Counted from the stretch's first letter, positions 8,864 to 21,096 are shown. The stretch is DNA of 64,000 bases from Bacteroidales bacterium (GCA_045130235.1 JBGUPJ010000025.1:16873-80872), one strand, 5' to 3'. A program made the numbers and translations. The notes: a model not told the origin generated them from the letters alone.

Positions 8864-10120
8864 ATGACCTCCCACAACATCTCCTCTTCCGGCAAAATCA
8901 CCTCCTCGTTTGAGAACATCTCCAACGTATTCACTTCCTATACAGAGATTCCCTCCGCAGGATTCAACTGTCTGTACAAAGCCCAGCGGTATGGCAAGTG
9001 GTTTGTGCTGAAAGGGTTGAAGCCTGAGTATCAGGGCGAGGCCGTCTATGAGGAACTGCTGGCCAAAGAGTTTGAGCTGGGCATGAAGATGGAGCACCCT
9101 CACATTGCACACACGTTCAGCAAGGAGGTGGACCCTGTGGCTGGTCCCTGCATCGTGATGGAGTATGTGGATGGCATGACCCTCCGCGAGTTCCTCGTCC
9201 AGAAGCCCTCCGCCAATACGCGCCTGAAAATCGTGAAGGAGCTGCTGGAGGCGATGGCCTATTACCACAGTCTGCAGATCATCCACCGCGACCTCAAGCC
9301 CGACAACATCCTCATCACGCGCAACGGCCACAATGTGAAGCTCATCGATTTCGGACTGGCCGACAGCGACTACCACGGCATTTTGAAGCAGCCGGCGGGC
9401 AGCAACCGATACGCTGCTCCAGAGCAGGTGGCGGGCGATGTGCCCCTCGACCTGCGCGCCGACCTGTACGCCTTCGGTATCATTCTGTCACAGATTTTCC
9501 CGCATCGTTACCATGACATCGCCCGTAAGTGCACCCGCCCCGCCCGCGAGAAACGCTTCAACAACGCAGAGGAGATTCTGCGACGCCTGCAGCGACGGCG
9601 TGTGCTCATCGTCATCTTCGCAGTGATGGCCCTTCTCCTTGTTATCGCCAGCATGGGAGTACTACTTTTCCATCAGCAGAAAAGTCTGGTAACGGAGCAA
9701 ACCGCCACTACCGCCATCCCCGTCGCGCACGATTCGGTTACTCCGATTGTGGTACACGATACCATTTTCATTTCAGAGACGGACAGAATCAACAAGGCCA
9801 TGCAATTCATAGATGTAAAGATGGATTCTGTTTTTAGGCCTTTGCAGTCATGGTACAATTCCGTTACTGCTGAGGAATCAAAACTCGACTCCGCCAGGGT
9901 GTATGACATTCTTATAGAATTCAGTCATAGGCTGCCAGCATATAATCGAAAACTGAACCTGCGCATTGTGGATGAAACCTTGAAGGCATATCCTCAATGT
10001 TCAACATCGAGAAGACAATTGGAGCAGTATGCTGAAACCAGTTTTTCAACCCACATTGCCGATTGCAGCAATACCATGCTGGAATTATGGGAAGAGAAAA
10101 AGAAAATCCGGAATGATTAG
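8864..10120 (+). CDS. Hanks-type serine/threonine protein kinase with C-terminal TM and extracytoplasmic domain
   Basis: Motifs HRDLKPDNIL, KLIDFGLA and APEQ, and a TM segment VLIVIFAVMALLLVIASMGVLLF. Confidence 0.85.
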   Translation: MTSHNISSSGKITSSFENISNVFTSYTEIPSAGFNCLYKAQRYGKWFVLKGLKPEYQGEAVYEELLAKEFELGMKMEHPHIAHTFSKEVDPVAGPCIVMEYVDGMTLREFLVQKPSANTRLKIVKELLEAMAYYHSLQIIHRDLKPDNILITRNGHNVKLIDFGLADSDYHGILKQPAGSNRYAAPEQVAGDVPLDLRADLYAFGIILSQIFPHRYHDIARKCTRPAREKRFNNAEEILRRLQRRRVLIVIFAVMALLLVIASMGVLLFHQQKSLVTEQTATTAIPVAHDSVTPIVVHDTIFISETDRINKAMQFIDVKMDSVFRPLQSWYNSVTAEESKLDSARVYDILIEFSHRLPAYNRKLNLRIVDETLKAYPQCSTSRRQLEQYAETSFSTHIADCSNTMLELWEEKKKIRND

Positions 10121-10690
10121 TTAGTTTTTGCGCTCCACGGTGGTGAGTCCGCCTTTGTTGCCCACCACAAACAGCGTGGGCGGGTTGTGGCCGCGCACGA
10201 AATGGTCGAGGTAGAGCGGCTGCCCGAGGATGAAGCAGGTGCAGTGGAAGGTATCATCGGGTTTGAGTTTGGAGTTCTCGCTTTCCAACACTTTGAAGTT
10301 CCCTTCGCCCAGGTGCTGCAGTAGCACGCGACGGTCGGGCGCCCATGTGATGGAAAGCTGGCCGTTTTCAGGAATTTCGCTGGCATACAGGGTGTGGCCG
10401 ATTACCCAATTCGACGATTCTCCTTCACGTCCGTGGTTGGCGAGGAAATCCTCCCAGTCGCGGAAGCCGATGCAGCGGGCGAGGAGGGAAAGGGTGGAGA
10501 AGCGGGTGGTGTCGTAGCCGTCCACATAGCCCCAGATGCGCTTGAGGGTGCTCACCGCAAGGGTTTCGTGGCACCGTTCCTGAATGACACCTGTAAGGAA
10601 GATGAAGTCGGCGGGCGACTTCATCTTCCGCGCCACCGACTTCTCTACCATATCGCGTAAAAGCAAAATGTCGTTTTCTTCAGGAGTCAT
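10121..10690 (-). CDS. hypothetical protein
   Basis: 189-aa ORF with its own promoter element. No family recognised. Its stop abuts the kinase stop with no spacer. Confidence 0.5.
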   Translation of the reverse strand: MTPEENDILLLRDMVEKSVARKMKSPADFIFLTGVIQERCHETLAVSTLKRIWGYVDGYDTTRFSTLSLLARCIGFRDWEDFLANHGREGESSNWVIGHTLYASEIPENGQLSITWAPDRRVLLQHLGEGNFKVLESENSKLKPDDTFHCTCFILGQPLYLDHFVRGHNPPTLFVVGNKGGLTTVERKN

Positions 10691-10710
10691 AAGGGTTCTT
10701 TTTTCAGGTG

Positions 10711-10718
10711 CAAAATTA
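10711..10718 (-). promoter_or_regulatory. -7 promoter element TAATTTTG
   Basis: + strand caaaatta, 21 nt upstream of ATG 10690. Confidence 0.5.
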
Positions 10719-10725
10719 GTAATTT

Positions 10726-11667
10726 TTATGGTTTCGTTATCTTTAATTGGAACTTCTTGACTTTATCCAATTCTGCACTTACATTAGGCGGATTGATTCC
10801 TGAAAATGAGAGTGTAATGGTTTCGCCAGGTTCACCTTCCAAAAATTCCTTAAATTGATCTCCACGAGAATCACCAGATCTCCATTCTCCAGATCCAAGT
10901 GCGTCAATGGGTGCGCCATCTTCATCTTGAGCAAAGCCAACTATCCAAAATTGGTTTGTATAACCGCACAAAGGCTTTGTATTTACTGTGCTGAGAAGTT
11001 TGAAAGTAACTGCTACATGTGGGAATCCATTACTGACTTTTTTTGAAACCTTAATGACTTCAACTTTATCTTTGAGCTGGGAAGGCAACACAACATCTTC
11101 TAACTCTATTGAGGAGGCATTTGCTTGAGCTTTAGAACCTTCCGAATCTCCCACAAGCTCGTATGCACTTGATACTTTGAATTTCAAAGGCTCTTTTGCA
11201 TCCATGCACTTTTTATCAACACTCCAACGGATTTCTCCCACTTCGCCCGGCTTAAGCTTTAGCAATCCCTCAACATCGTCACTATAGGGACCACCCATAC
11301 CGCCTTCTGTGGCTTTGTTTTCCTGCACTACATCTCCGTCTGCCCCTTCAATTCTCAATCCAAAACCAACAAGGCAATAGGGGGTTATGGTGCTATAACC
11401 ACCATACGATATAAAATTCATACCCTCTTCAAAAGGCAGTGGAGCATCCGTTCGTTTCACTTTCACTCTCCAAACAGATTCTAAATCATCCAGTTTGCCA
11501 TCTTTGAGTTTAACAACAACTTCCTCATCAACTACTTCAAAACAGTTTGCCAAATCTCCCGAAACCTTGGTCGTTTCAGGCTTCATGCTGATATTCGACT
11601 TTTTACAAGCCGATAGGGATACTACCGCGACAACCAGCACTGCAATAAAAAACAAATTTCTTTTCAT
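10726..11667 (-). CDS. hypothetical lipoprotein
   Basis: MKRNLFFIAVLVVAVVSLSACKK is a signal peptide plus lipobox. Confidence 0.6.
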   Translation of the reverse strand: MKRNLFFIAVLVVAVVSLSACKKSNISMKPETTKVSGDLANCFEVVDEEVVVKLKDGKLDDLESVWRVKVKRTDAPLPFEEGMNFISYGGYSTITPYCLVGFGLRIEGADGDVVQENKATEGGMGGPYSDDVEGLLKLKPGEVGEIRWSVDKKCMDAKEPLKFKVSSAYELVGDSEGSKAQANASSIELEDVVLPSQLKDKVEVIKVSKKVSNGFPHVAVTFKLLSTVNTKPLCGYTNQFWIVGFAQDEDGAPIDALGSGEWRSGDSRGDQFKEFLEGEPGETITLSFSGINPPNVSAELDKVKKFQLKITKP

Positions 11668-11754
11668 TTTAATAGTATTAGTGTTAGGCTTACTCTTTTG
11701 GGGATTTTCAGCATCCTCCCATGAAAACTGATTTTGACGTCAAATATGATGCCG

Positions 11755-11762
11755 CAAAAATA
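11755..11762 (-). promoter_or_regulatory. -7 promoter element TATTTTTG
   Basis: + strand caaaaata, 88 nt upstream of ATG 11667. Confidence 0.35.
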
Positions 11763-12011
11763 CAATGTTCATCCATGCGGAGGCTGGTTCTTATTGGTTC
11801 TTATTGTGACGATAAATGGAGGGTGTTTGGGGGTGAAAAAAAACTTCCGCCTGCGGATGGCGAATTATACACCCGGTATCGTTTGCATGAGATATGGTGG
11901 ACGTATTTATAGCCTTCCCTCCCCGTTCTTTCGCATTTTCTTGTAAAACAATGTTTTACACTTTTTATTAACAAAACATCCACAACCCGCTTTTCATTGC
12001 CATTCTTTTTG

Positions 12012-12019
12012 TATTTTTG
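12012..12019 (+). promoter_or_regulatory. -7 promoter element TATTTTTG
   Basis: 29 nt upstream of ATG 12048. The track's upstream ATG (11997) lies before this promoter. Confidence 0.5.
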
Positions 12020-12047
12020 CAGTCAATTATCACTAAAAAATACATTT

Positions 12048-12671
12048 ATGCACATTGCAGTAGCAGGCAACATCGGATCGGGAAAAACCACCCTTACCGG
12101 CATGTTGGCCAAACATTATGGCTGGGAGGCCATGTACGAGAGTGTGGAAAACAACCCCTATCTCGCCAGTTATTATGAGGACATGCAGCGTTGGTCGTTC
12201 AATCTGCAGGTCTATTTTCTGAACAACCGTTTCCGTCAGGTTATCGACATCCGGAAACACAGCAAGACCGTCATTCAGGACCGTACCATCTACGAGGACG
12301 CGTATATCTTCGCCCCCAACTTGCACGACATGCAGCTGATGGCCACCCGCGACTTCGAGAACTATGCTTCTCTCTTCGAGCTGATGGCGCAATTTCTCCA
12401 GGCTCCCGACCTCCTGATTTACCTTCATGCTGACACTTCCACCCTCGTTTCCCAAATTCAGAAGCGCGGTCGTGAGTACGAGAAGACCATCCGTCTCGAC
12501 TACCTCCAGCACCTGAACGAGCGTTATGAGGATTGGATCTCCAACTATAAGTTGGGTAAGCTCCTGGTTATTGATGTCAATAAGATTAAATTTGGCGAGC
12601 GTCCGGAGGACTTCGGAACCATCATCAACAAAATTGATGCCGAGTTGTTCGGTCTTTTCCCCAACAAATAG
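12048..12671 (+). CDS. deoxynucleoside kinase (dAK/dGK/dCK family)
   Basis: MHIAVAGNIGSGKTTL P-loop, followed by ENNPYLASYYEDMQRWSFNLQVYFLNNRF. Confidence 0.85.
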   Translation: MHIAVAGNIGSGKTTLTGMLAKHYGWEAMYESVENNPYLASYYEDMQRWSFNLQVYFLNNRFRQVIDIRKHSKTVIQDRTIYEDAYIFAPNLHDMQLMATRDFENYASLFELMAQFLQAPDLLIYLHADTSTLVSQIQKRGREYEKTIRLDYLQHLNERYEDWISNYKLGKLLVIDVNKIKFGERPEDFGTIINKIDAELFGLFPNK

Positions 12672-12674
12672 CGT

Positions 12675-13406
12675 ATGGCGTTCATCGGAATCATTCCTGC
12701 ACGCTACGCCTCCACCCGTTTCCCCGGCAAGCCGTTGGCTTTGATACATGGCCGGCCGATGGTGCAATGGGTGTATGAGCGTGCCTGTAGGGCAGGTTTG
12801 TCACAGGTGGCCGTCGCCACCGACGATGACCGCATCCGTGAGGCGGTGGAGCGCTTTGGCGGACAGGTGGTGATGACCTCTCCCAACCACCGCTCCGGCA
12901 CTGACCGTTGCGCCGAGGCCGCTCGTGCGCTGGGAGCATCTGAAGAGGATGTGGTGGTTAACATACAAGGCGATGAGCCGTTTATCCAACCCGATGCCAT
13001 CCGTTTGTTAACCAGTCAGTTCGACCGTCCAGAGGTGCATATCGCCACGTTGGCAAAAGCTTTCATGGAGGATGAAAATCCCCAAAATCCGAACATGGTG
13101 AAGGTAGTGGTGGCGCAGAACGGCCGCGCCCTCTATTTCAGCCGCTCGCCGATACCTTATTTTCGAAATGAGCAGTTGTCCCCCTTCCATTACAAGCATG
13201 TCGGCATCTATGCCTACCGACTCTCCGTGTTAAACGAGCTGGTGCAGTTGCCAGCCTCCCCTTTGGAGGAGGCCGAAAAGCTGGAACAGCTGCGCTGGCT
13301 GGACAATGGGTATGACATTTTCGTGAGAATTTGCGATTACGAGAGTATCGGCATCGACACACTGGAGGATTTGAAACGGGCAGAAAATATGACACAGTTT
13401 AATTGA
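12675..13406 (+). CDS. kdsB: 3-deoxy-manno-octulosonate cytidylyltransferase
   Basis: IIPARYASTRFPGKPLALIHGRPMVQWVYERA and NIQGDEPFI motifs. Confidence 0.92.
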   Translation: MAFIGIIPARYASTRFPGKPLALIHGRPMVQWVYERACRAGLSQVAVATDDDRIREAVERFGGQVVMTSPNHRSGTDRCAEAARALGASEEDVVVNIQGDEPFIQPDAIRLLTSQFDRPEVHIATLAKAFMEDENPQNPNMVKVVVAQNGRALYFSRSPIPYFRNEQLSPFHYKHVGIYAYRLSVLNELVQLPASPLEEAEKLEQLRWLDNGYDIFVRICDYESIGIDTLEDLKRAENMTQFN

Positions 13407-15185
<1,779 letters not shown>

Positions 15186-15200
15186 CCAAATTGAAAAACG

Positions 15201-15938
15201 ATGAACGAGTCAATTACATACGGTTTGCGTCCTGTTTTAGAGGCTATTGCTACAGGCAAGACCATTGATAAGGTGCTGTTTCAGAAGGATTTGAGTGGCC
15301 CGCTCTTCAAGGATCTCTTTATAAAGGTGCGCGAGCGCAAGATTCCCTTCCAGTACGTGCCTGCCGAGAAGCTGAACCGCCTCACCCGTGGCAACCATCA
15401 GGGTGTGGTCGCCTTCATGTCGGCCATCGAGTACGACGACATTTACGCCATCCTGCCCTACCTGTTCGAGCAAGGCAAGGTGCCGTTCCTGCTTATCTTG
15501 GACAAGGTGACGGATGTGCGCAACATCGGGGCCATCGCCCGCTCGGCAGAGTGCGCCGGCGTGGATGCCATCATCATCCCGATGAAAGGTGCCGCCCAGC
15601 TCAACGAGGATGCCGTCAAGAGCTCTGCGGGTGCCCTGCATAAGGTGCCGGTGTGCCGCCACACCAACCTCGTGGAAGTGATTCGCTTTCTGCAAGATTC
15701 TGGCATAGAGGTGGTGGGTGTTACCGAAAAGGCGGAACACCTGTTTCACGAGCACGACTACCGTAAACCGCTGTGTCTCATCATGGGAAATGAGTACGAG
15801 GGCATCGCATGGGACTATCTGCGCCTATGTAACGAGACAGTCCGCATCCCGATGGCGGGCACCATCCGCTCGCTCAACGTGTCGGTGGCGACGGGCGTGC
15901 TGCTCTTTGAGGTGGTGCGGCAGCGCATGACAGAGTAA
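15201..15938 (+). CDS. rlmB: 23S rRNA (guanosine2251-2'-O)-methyltransferase, SpoU/TrmH family
   Basis: N-terminal L30e-like substrate-binding region plus SpoU motifs (NIGAIARSAECAGVD, LIMGNEYEG, IPMAGTIRSLNVSVA). Confidence 0.85.
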   Translation: MNESITYGLRPVLEAIATGKTIDKVLFQKDLSGPLFKDLFIKVRERKIPFQYVPAEKLNRLTRGNHQGVVAFMSAIEYDDIYAILPYLFEQGKVPFLLILDKVTDVRNIGAIARSAECAGVDAIIIPMKGAAQLNEDAVKSSAGALHKVPVCRHTNLVEVIRFLQDSGIEVVGVTEKAEHLFHEHDYRKPLCLIMGNEYEGIAWDYLRLCNETVRIPMAGTIRSLNVSVATGVLLFEVVRQRMTE

Positions 15939-16006
15939 GGCGAATAATTCAACGGGCAATGTTCACAAATGTCGTGAAAGCGTGTCTTTCGCTTCGTTTT
16001 TTGTCG

Positions 16007-16014
16007 TAATTTTG
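16007..16014 (+). promoter_or_regulatory. -7 promoter element TAATTTTG
   Basis: 24 nt upstream of the ddl ATG. Confidence 0.5.
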
Positions 16015-16037
16015 CAGTCGTTAATAATGCGAATATT

Positions 16038-17021
16038 ATGAAAAGAATAGCTTTGATGACGGGCGGAAACTCTGGTGAATACGAGATTTCGCTCAAAACT
16101 GCCGACAACATCTTTCAGATGCTTGACAAGAATCTTTACGAACCCTATCTTATTCATTTGAAGGGAAATAACTGGACATATACCGCACCCGATGGGGAAG
16201 TGGTTGAGGTGAATCGGAATGATTTTTCTTTGGATTTGAAAGGGGAGAAAATCACTTTTGACGCGGTTTTCATCGCCATTCATGGCAACCCGGGCGAGAA
16301 CGGCCGGCTGGAAGCCTATTTCGACATGATTGGGATGCCCTATACGGGCTGCGGAATGCTCTCTTCCGCTCTTACTTTCAACAAGTATTACTGCAATGTG
16401 GTGGTTAAGAACCTCGGAATCCCCGTTGCGCCCTCGCTTCATTATTTTAGAGGAGAAACGGTAGATCCGAAAAAAGTGGCTGAAGTTTGCGGTTATCCTT
16501 GTTTTGTAAAATCTTGTAACTCAGGTTCGAGTGTAGGGGTAACTAAAGTACATATTGAAGAAGAATTGGCGGCTGCTGTGGAGGAGGCGTTCAAATATGA
16601 CTCGCAATTAGTAATTGAAAAGATGATTGTGGGACGTGAGGTGACCTGCGGTGTGGGGCGCATTAAAGGTACTGTGCGTGCTTTTGCCGTCACCGAAATT
16701 GTCACTATGCGTGAGTTCTACGACTATAAGTCGAAATATACTGACGGTCAGCATGATCTGATTACGCCTGCCGACATTCCAGACACCATCCGCGACCTCA
16801 TCTTCCACTATTCGGAGATGCTGTACCGCGAGTTGGCCTGCGGCGGCATCGTGCGCGCCGACTTCATCGTCACTCCCGAGGGCGTTCCCTACTTCCTGGA
16901 AGTGAATACTATCCCCGGTCAGACCGCCATGAGCATCGTTCCCAACCAGATTCGTTATATTGGGATGAACCTTACGGATGTCTATTCCGATTTGATAGAA
17001 CAGTCTTTTAATCAACTTTAA
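16038..17021 (+). CDS. ddl: D-alanine--D-alanine ligase
   Basis: MKRIALMTGGNSGEYEISL, FIAIHGNPGENGRLE and ATP-grasp C-terminus FLEVNTIPG. Confidence 0.92.
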   Translation: MKRIALMTGGNSGEYEISLKTADNIFQMLDKNLYEPYLIHLKGNNWTYTAPDGEVVEVNRNDFSLDLKGEKITFDAVFIAIHGNPGENGRLEAYFDMIGMPYTGCGMLSSALTFNKYYCNVVVKNLGIPVAPSLHYFRGETVDPKKVAEVCGYPCFVKSCNSGSSVGVTKVHIEEELAAAVEEAFKYDSQLVIEKMIVGREVTCGVGRIKGTVRAFAVTEIVTMREFYDYKSKYTDGQHDLITPADIPDTIRDLIFHYSEMLYRELACGGIVRADFIVTPEGVPYFLEVNTIPGQTAMSIVPNQIRYIGMNLTDVYSDLIEQSFNQL

Positions 17022-17044
17022 TAAATCTTTACAAATTTTTGAAA

Positions 17045-17722
17045 ATGAATGCTTTAATTGCTCCTTCAATGCTTTCCGCCGACTTCTGTCATTTGGCAGA
17101 TGATATTGAAATGGTAAACCGCTCTCAAGCCGATTGGTTTCATTTGGATATCATGGATGGAATGTTTGTTCCTAACATTTCATACGGACTTCCTGTTGTG
17201 AAGGCCATCCGTGGACTGGCGGAAAAACCGTTGGATGTGCATCTGATGATCAATGACCCTGGCCGTTATGTTTCCGAGTTCAAACAGGCGGGTGCTGATA
17301 TTTTGACCGTTCATTATGAGGCCGTTACCCATCTGCACCGGGTGGTGTGGCAGATCAAGAACGAGGATATGCTGGCCGGTGTGGCCCTTAATCCCCACAC
17401 GCCCGTCGCTCTGTTGGACGATATTATCCAAGACCTTGATATGGTGCTGATTATGTCGGTTAACCCGGGTTTCGGCGGACAGAAATTCATCCGCAATGCG
17501 GTGAAGAAGGTCAACGAGTTGCGCGAAATCATTGAAAAACGCAATCTCAACGTGATGATTGAAGTGGATGGCGGTGTGGATGGTAATACGGCGGTCGAGC
17601 TGGTGGAGGCTGGTGCGGATGTGCTGGTTTCAGGTAACTATATTTTTAAAGCTACCAATCCTGAAAAAACCATTGAAGCACTTAAACACATCGGCAAAGA
17701 TGATATTTCTTCTGTAAAATAA
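17045..17722 (+). CDS. rpe: ribulose-phosphate 3-epimerase
   Basis: IAPSMLSADF, HLDIMDGMFVPN, MSVNPGFGGQKF and EVDGG. The track start is TTG at 17039; the ATG is at 17045. Confidence 0.93.
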   Translation: MNALIAPSMLSADFCHLADDIEMVNRSQADWFHLDIMDGMFVPNISYGLPVVKAIRGLAEKPLDVHLMINDPGRYVSEFKQAGADILTVHYEAVTHLHRVVWQIKNEDMLAGVALNPHTPVALLDDIIQDLDMVLIMSVNPGFGGQKFIRNAVKKVNELREIIEKRNLNVMIEVDGGVDGNTAVELVEAGADVLVSGNYIFKATNPEKTIEALKHIGKDDISSVK

Positions 17723-20148
17723 TGAAATATAAGAATTTAATACGTTCTCTATGGGGAATTATCCTCTCCTTTTTTTTAGGGAATGGATTGTGGGCACAGA
17801 CAGTGACGGTGAGTGGCTACGTGTATGAGCGCGGCAGTCTCGAGCTGTTGCCGTATATCAACGTGTATGAGGAGAAGAGTGGAATGTCAGTGTTTTCTAA
17901 TGAATATGGTTTCTATGTGATGCAGATTCCATACGCTGACACGTTGAACGTCATCTTTTCCGGTTATGGTTATGCGTATGACACGTTGCGGATTGTTTCG
18001 CCAACGAGCCAAGAATCCTATAATCCTGAGCTGTATAAGATTACTGTTTTGGAAGACGTGATTGTACGTGCTGATCGCTTGACGCAGGATGTGCAGATGA
18101 GTACTATCCAAGTGTCGGCGAAAGAGGTAAAGTCCATTCCTATCTTGTTGGGAGAAAAGGACTTGTTTAAAACCCTCATGCTGATGCCGGGGGTTCAGTC
18201 GGGCAACGAGGGCACTTCCGGTATATATGTGCGTGGCGGCGGTCCCGACCAAAATCTCATCATCCTCGATGAGGCTACCATTTACAACGCCAACCACCTG
18301 TTGGGCTTTTTCTCCATCTTTAACGGCGACGCAATGAAATCGGTGGAGTTGGTAAAAGGCGGATTTCCAGCTCGTTATGGAGGTCGTCTCTCTTCTGTGA
18401 TTGATGTCCACATGAAAGAGGGCAACAAGACTGAGTATCACGGCGAGGGTGGCATCGGCATTATCTCATCGCACCTGATGGTGGAAGGCCCCATCGTGAA
18501 AAACAAGGCTTCGTTCATGATTTCCGGCCGTACCACCTATTTCGACCTGCTGGCACGTCCCCTCATGAAGATCCTTTCGCCTGGATCTTCCGCAGGTTAC
18601 TATTTCTTTGACCTCAATGCCAAGTTCAACTACGACTTCGGCGACAAGAACAAACTGTATGTCAGCGCTTATTTCGGTCGCGACAAATTCCATCTGGAGG
18701 AGTTTTTTAAGGATGAAGGGGAAAAGGAAAAATACAAGATGGGATTGTATTGGCAGAACGCCACTGCCACCGCACGTTGGAACCACCAGTTCGCCAGCAG
18801 TCTCTTTTCCAACCTCTCTTTTATCTTTAGCGATTATACGATGGATATCTATGATAAGTATAAAGGTGTTGATTATCAGTATTCTTCTACTTATAAATCA
18901 GGTATCCGCGACTATACGCTCAAGTACGACCTTACCTACGTGCCAGATGGCTTACAGCGTATTCTTGTGGGGGCTGCTGTTACCTATCATCAGTCCTGCC
19001 CGAGTGCAATCTCCTTGAAGGAGGACACTCTCTCGTCGAAACAGGTGCAGATGGAACATGGTCTCGAATATTCGCTGTACGCCGAGGATGAGATTAACAT
19101 TCGCAACAAGTTCCGCATCAATCCGGGCATCCGGCTCACCTGTTTCTCTGTGCCGCGTCGCACCTACTTCTCTCCTGAGCCGCGCCTCTCTTTGAGCTAC
19201 AATTTCCTGCCCAACCTCGCTCTCAAAGCCTCGTATGCCATGATGAGCCAGAGTATGTTGCTGCTCAGTACCAGCACGATAGGACTTCCTACCGACTTGT
19301 GGGTACCCGTTACGGCGAATGTGAAGCCGCAACGCTCGCAGCAGGTTGCCCTCGGCTTGCACTATGATCTGTACAACCCCTCGATGTCGTTCTCGGTGGA
19401 GGGCTACTACAAGCATCTCAACAATGTGCTCGCCTATAAGGAGGGAGCCTCTTTCTTCCTGGATGCTTTGGAGGGTATTTTCGACCAAACGGGTGAGTTC
19501 GAGAAAATCTGGAGCGACAATGTCACGGCCGGCAAGGGTTGGTCGTATGGTGTTGAGTTTCTGGTGCGTAAAAATGCCGGCAAGTTCACCGGCTGGATCG
19601 GCTACACCCTCTCGTGGACGCAGCAGCAGTTCGATGACCTCAACTTCGGCCGCAAGTTCTTCGCCCGCTACGACCGCCGCCACGACGTCTCTATCGTGCT
19701 GATGTACAGTCCCACCAAAAAGATTAACCTGTCGCTGGCATGGGTCTTCGCCACGGGGAATGCGGTCACGCTGCCCGTATCGGTATATCAGGAACAAAAC
19801 ATTTCGCAGTACCTCCAAGACTACCTCTATCCCGACCCCGATGCCGCTCTCTACAACGACGACTACGGTCATTATGTGGGATATGTGGAGAATTATAGCG
19901 AGAAAAACAACCTCCGGATGCAACCTTTCCATCATCTCGACATCGGAGCGCAGTTTATTGTGCCTCATAGAAAGAAAGGGGAGAGCATCTTCGAGGTGAG
20001 CATCTATAATGTGTATAATTACAAAAACGCATTCTTCTATTTTGTTGATAGTGAGTATGATGAAAATACAGGCACCTCATCCCAAGTGCTGAAGAAAGTC
20101 TGCATTTTCCCCATCATTCCTTCCTTTACCTATCATTTTCGTTTTTAA
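17722..20148 (+). CDS. TonB-dependent receptor (CarboxypepD_reg-like N-terminus, plug, beta-barrel)
   Basis: 808 aa with a signal peptide. VSGYVYERGS...GFYVM is the carboxypeptidase-regulatory-like domain. Plug motifs and terminal ...FTYHFRF are present. The ATG overlaps the rpe stop (TAATG). Confidence 0.85.
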   Translation: MKYKNLIRSLWGIILSFFLGNGLWAQTVTVSGYVYERGSLELLPYINVYEEKSGMSVFSNEYGFYVMQIPYADTLNVIFSGYGYAYDTLRIVSPTSQESYNPELYKITVLEDVIVRADRLTQDVQMSTIQVSAKEVKSIPILLGEKDLFKTLMLMPGVQSGNEGTSGIYVRGGGPDQNLIILDEATIYNANHLLGFFSIFNGDAMKSVELVKGGFPARYGGRLSSVIDVHMKEGNKTEYHGEGGIGIISSHLMVEGPIVKNKASFMISGRTTYFDLLARPLMKILSPGSSAGYYFFDLNAKFNYDFGDKNKLYVSAYFGRDKFHLEEFFKDEGEKEKYKMGLYWQNATATARWNHQFASSLFSNLSFIFSDYTMDIYDKYKGVDYQYSSTYKSGIRDYTLKYDLTYVPDGLQRILVGAAVTYHQSCPSAISLKEDTLSSKQVQMEHGLEYSLYAEDEINIRNKFRINPGIRLTCFSVPRRTYFSPEPRLSLSYNFLPNLALKASYAMMSQSMLLLSTSTIGLPTDLWVPVTANVKPQRSQQVALGLHYDLYNPSMSFSVEGYYKHLNNVLAYKEGASFFLDALEGIFDQTGEFEKIWSDNVTAGKGWSYGVEFLVRKNAGKFTGWIGYTLSWTQQQFDDLNFGRKFFARYDRRHDVSIVLMYSPTKKINLSLAWVFATGNAVTLPVSVYQEQNISQYLQDYLYPDPDAALYNDDYGHYVGYVENYSEKNNLRMQPFHHLDIGAQFIVPHRKKGESIFEVSIYNVYNYKNAFFYFVDSEYDENTGTSSQVLKKVCIFPIIPSFTYHFRF

Positions 20149-20163
20149 TATTTATTATTGATA

Positions 20164-21093
20164 ATGAATAAATTGCATAAAATTCTGATGCTGGTTTGGC
20201 TCCTGCTTACTGTAGGGTTGACAGGGTGCATTTCGACTGTAGATATTGAAGACCAGCTTCACGAGACACAGAAGTTGGTGCTATACTGCCGTATCTTCCC
20301 GGGGATGGACACGGTGAAAGTGCACCTGTCGCACACCCACCTCTTGTACGGTAGCGGCAGCCGCGAGGATATCCAAATCATCAGCGATGGCGTGGTGCAA
20401 CTCTCTACCGACCGAGCCAACTGGTACACTGCGCAGTACGATTCTATCCAAAAACTCTACCTGTTGCCTACCACTGAATTCCCTATCGAAGAGGGGCATA
20501 CCTATCATATCCGGGCTATCGCTCGCGATTTTGATGAAGTGACCTCCACCTGTACGGTTCCTTACGCACATGACATCCAGTTGCATTGGGAACATGTTCT
20601 CAATCAGAACGATACGCACGATGGTGCCTTCTATAACAATCCGCATTACGACACTTATCTGACCTGGAATGACTATGCGGGAGAGAAAAACTACTATGCT
20701 TTTGGCACCCTTTGGGAGGTGGAATATGATGATGATGATTGGACTGAGGTGGAGATGAGTCGCTATTACACCACCTATTTCTCCCTAATGACTTTGTATG
20801 AGGGGAGCAAGGTTTACAATTGTTTCTCTGATGAGGGAAGGGATGGCAAAACTATACGCTATCTCTATGAATATGACACTGATTATGAGGAAGATGAAGA
20901 GATGGATGAAGAGGTGGAGTGGATTCTCTTCCTCGACGAGCATTGTTATATGTACGAAAGCACGTTGAATGATTTGGGTGCATTGAGTACCTTTTTGTTG
21001 GAGCCGATTCAGACCTATAACAATATTGAAGGCGGCTTCGGACTTTTTGGTGCTTTTGCGCTTCAGCATGTAGAACATGATAAAAAACAATAG
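20164..21093 (+). CDS. DUF4249-family lipoprotein (usual partner of this TonB-dependent receptor class)
   Basis: MNKLHKILMLVWLLLTVGLTGC lipobox, and the position immediately after the receptor. The family call is from memory of the typical pairing. Confidence 0.6.
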   Translation: MNKLHKILMLVWLLLTVGLTGCISTVDIEDQLHETQKLVLYCRIFPGMDTVKVHLSHTHLLYGSGSREDIQIISDGVVQLSTDRANWYTAQYDSIQKLYLLPTTEFPIEEGHTYHIRAIARDFDEVTSTCTVPYAHDIQLHWEHVLNQNDTHDGAFYNNPHYDTYLTWNDYAGEKNYYAFGTLWEVEYDDDDWTEVEMSRYYTTYFSLMTLYEGSKVYNCFSDEGRDGKTIRYLYEYDTDYEEDEEMDEEVEWILFLDEHCYMYESTLNDLGALSTFLLEPIQTYNNIEGGFGLFGAFALQHVEHDKKQ

Positions 21094-21096
21094 GTT

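Noticed and set aside
12033-12767. 244-aa minus-strand ORF
   Set aside because: It is antisense to the deoxynucleoside kinase gene and the kdsB start.
18952-19968. 338-aa minus-strand ORF
   Set aside because: It is antisense to the TonB-dependent receptor barrel.
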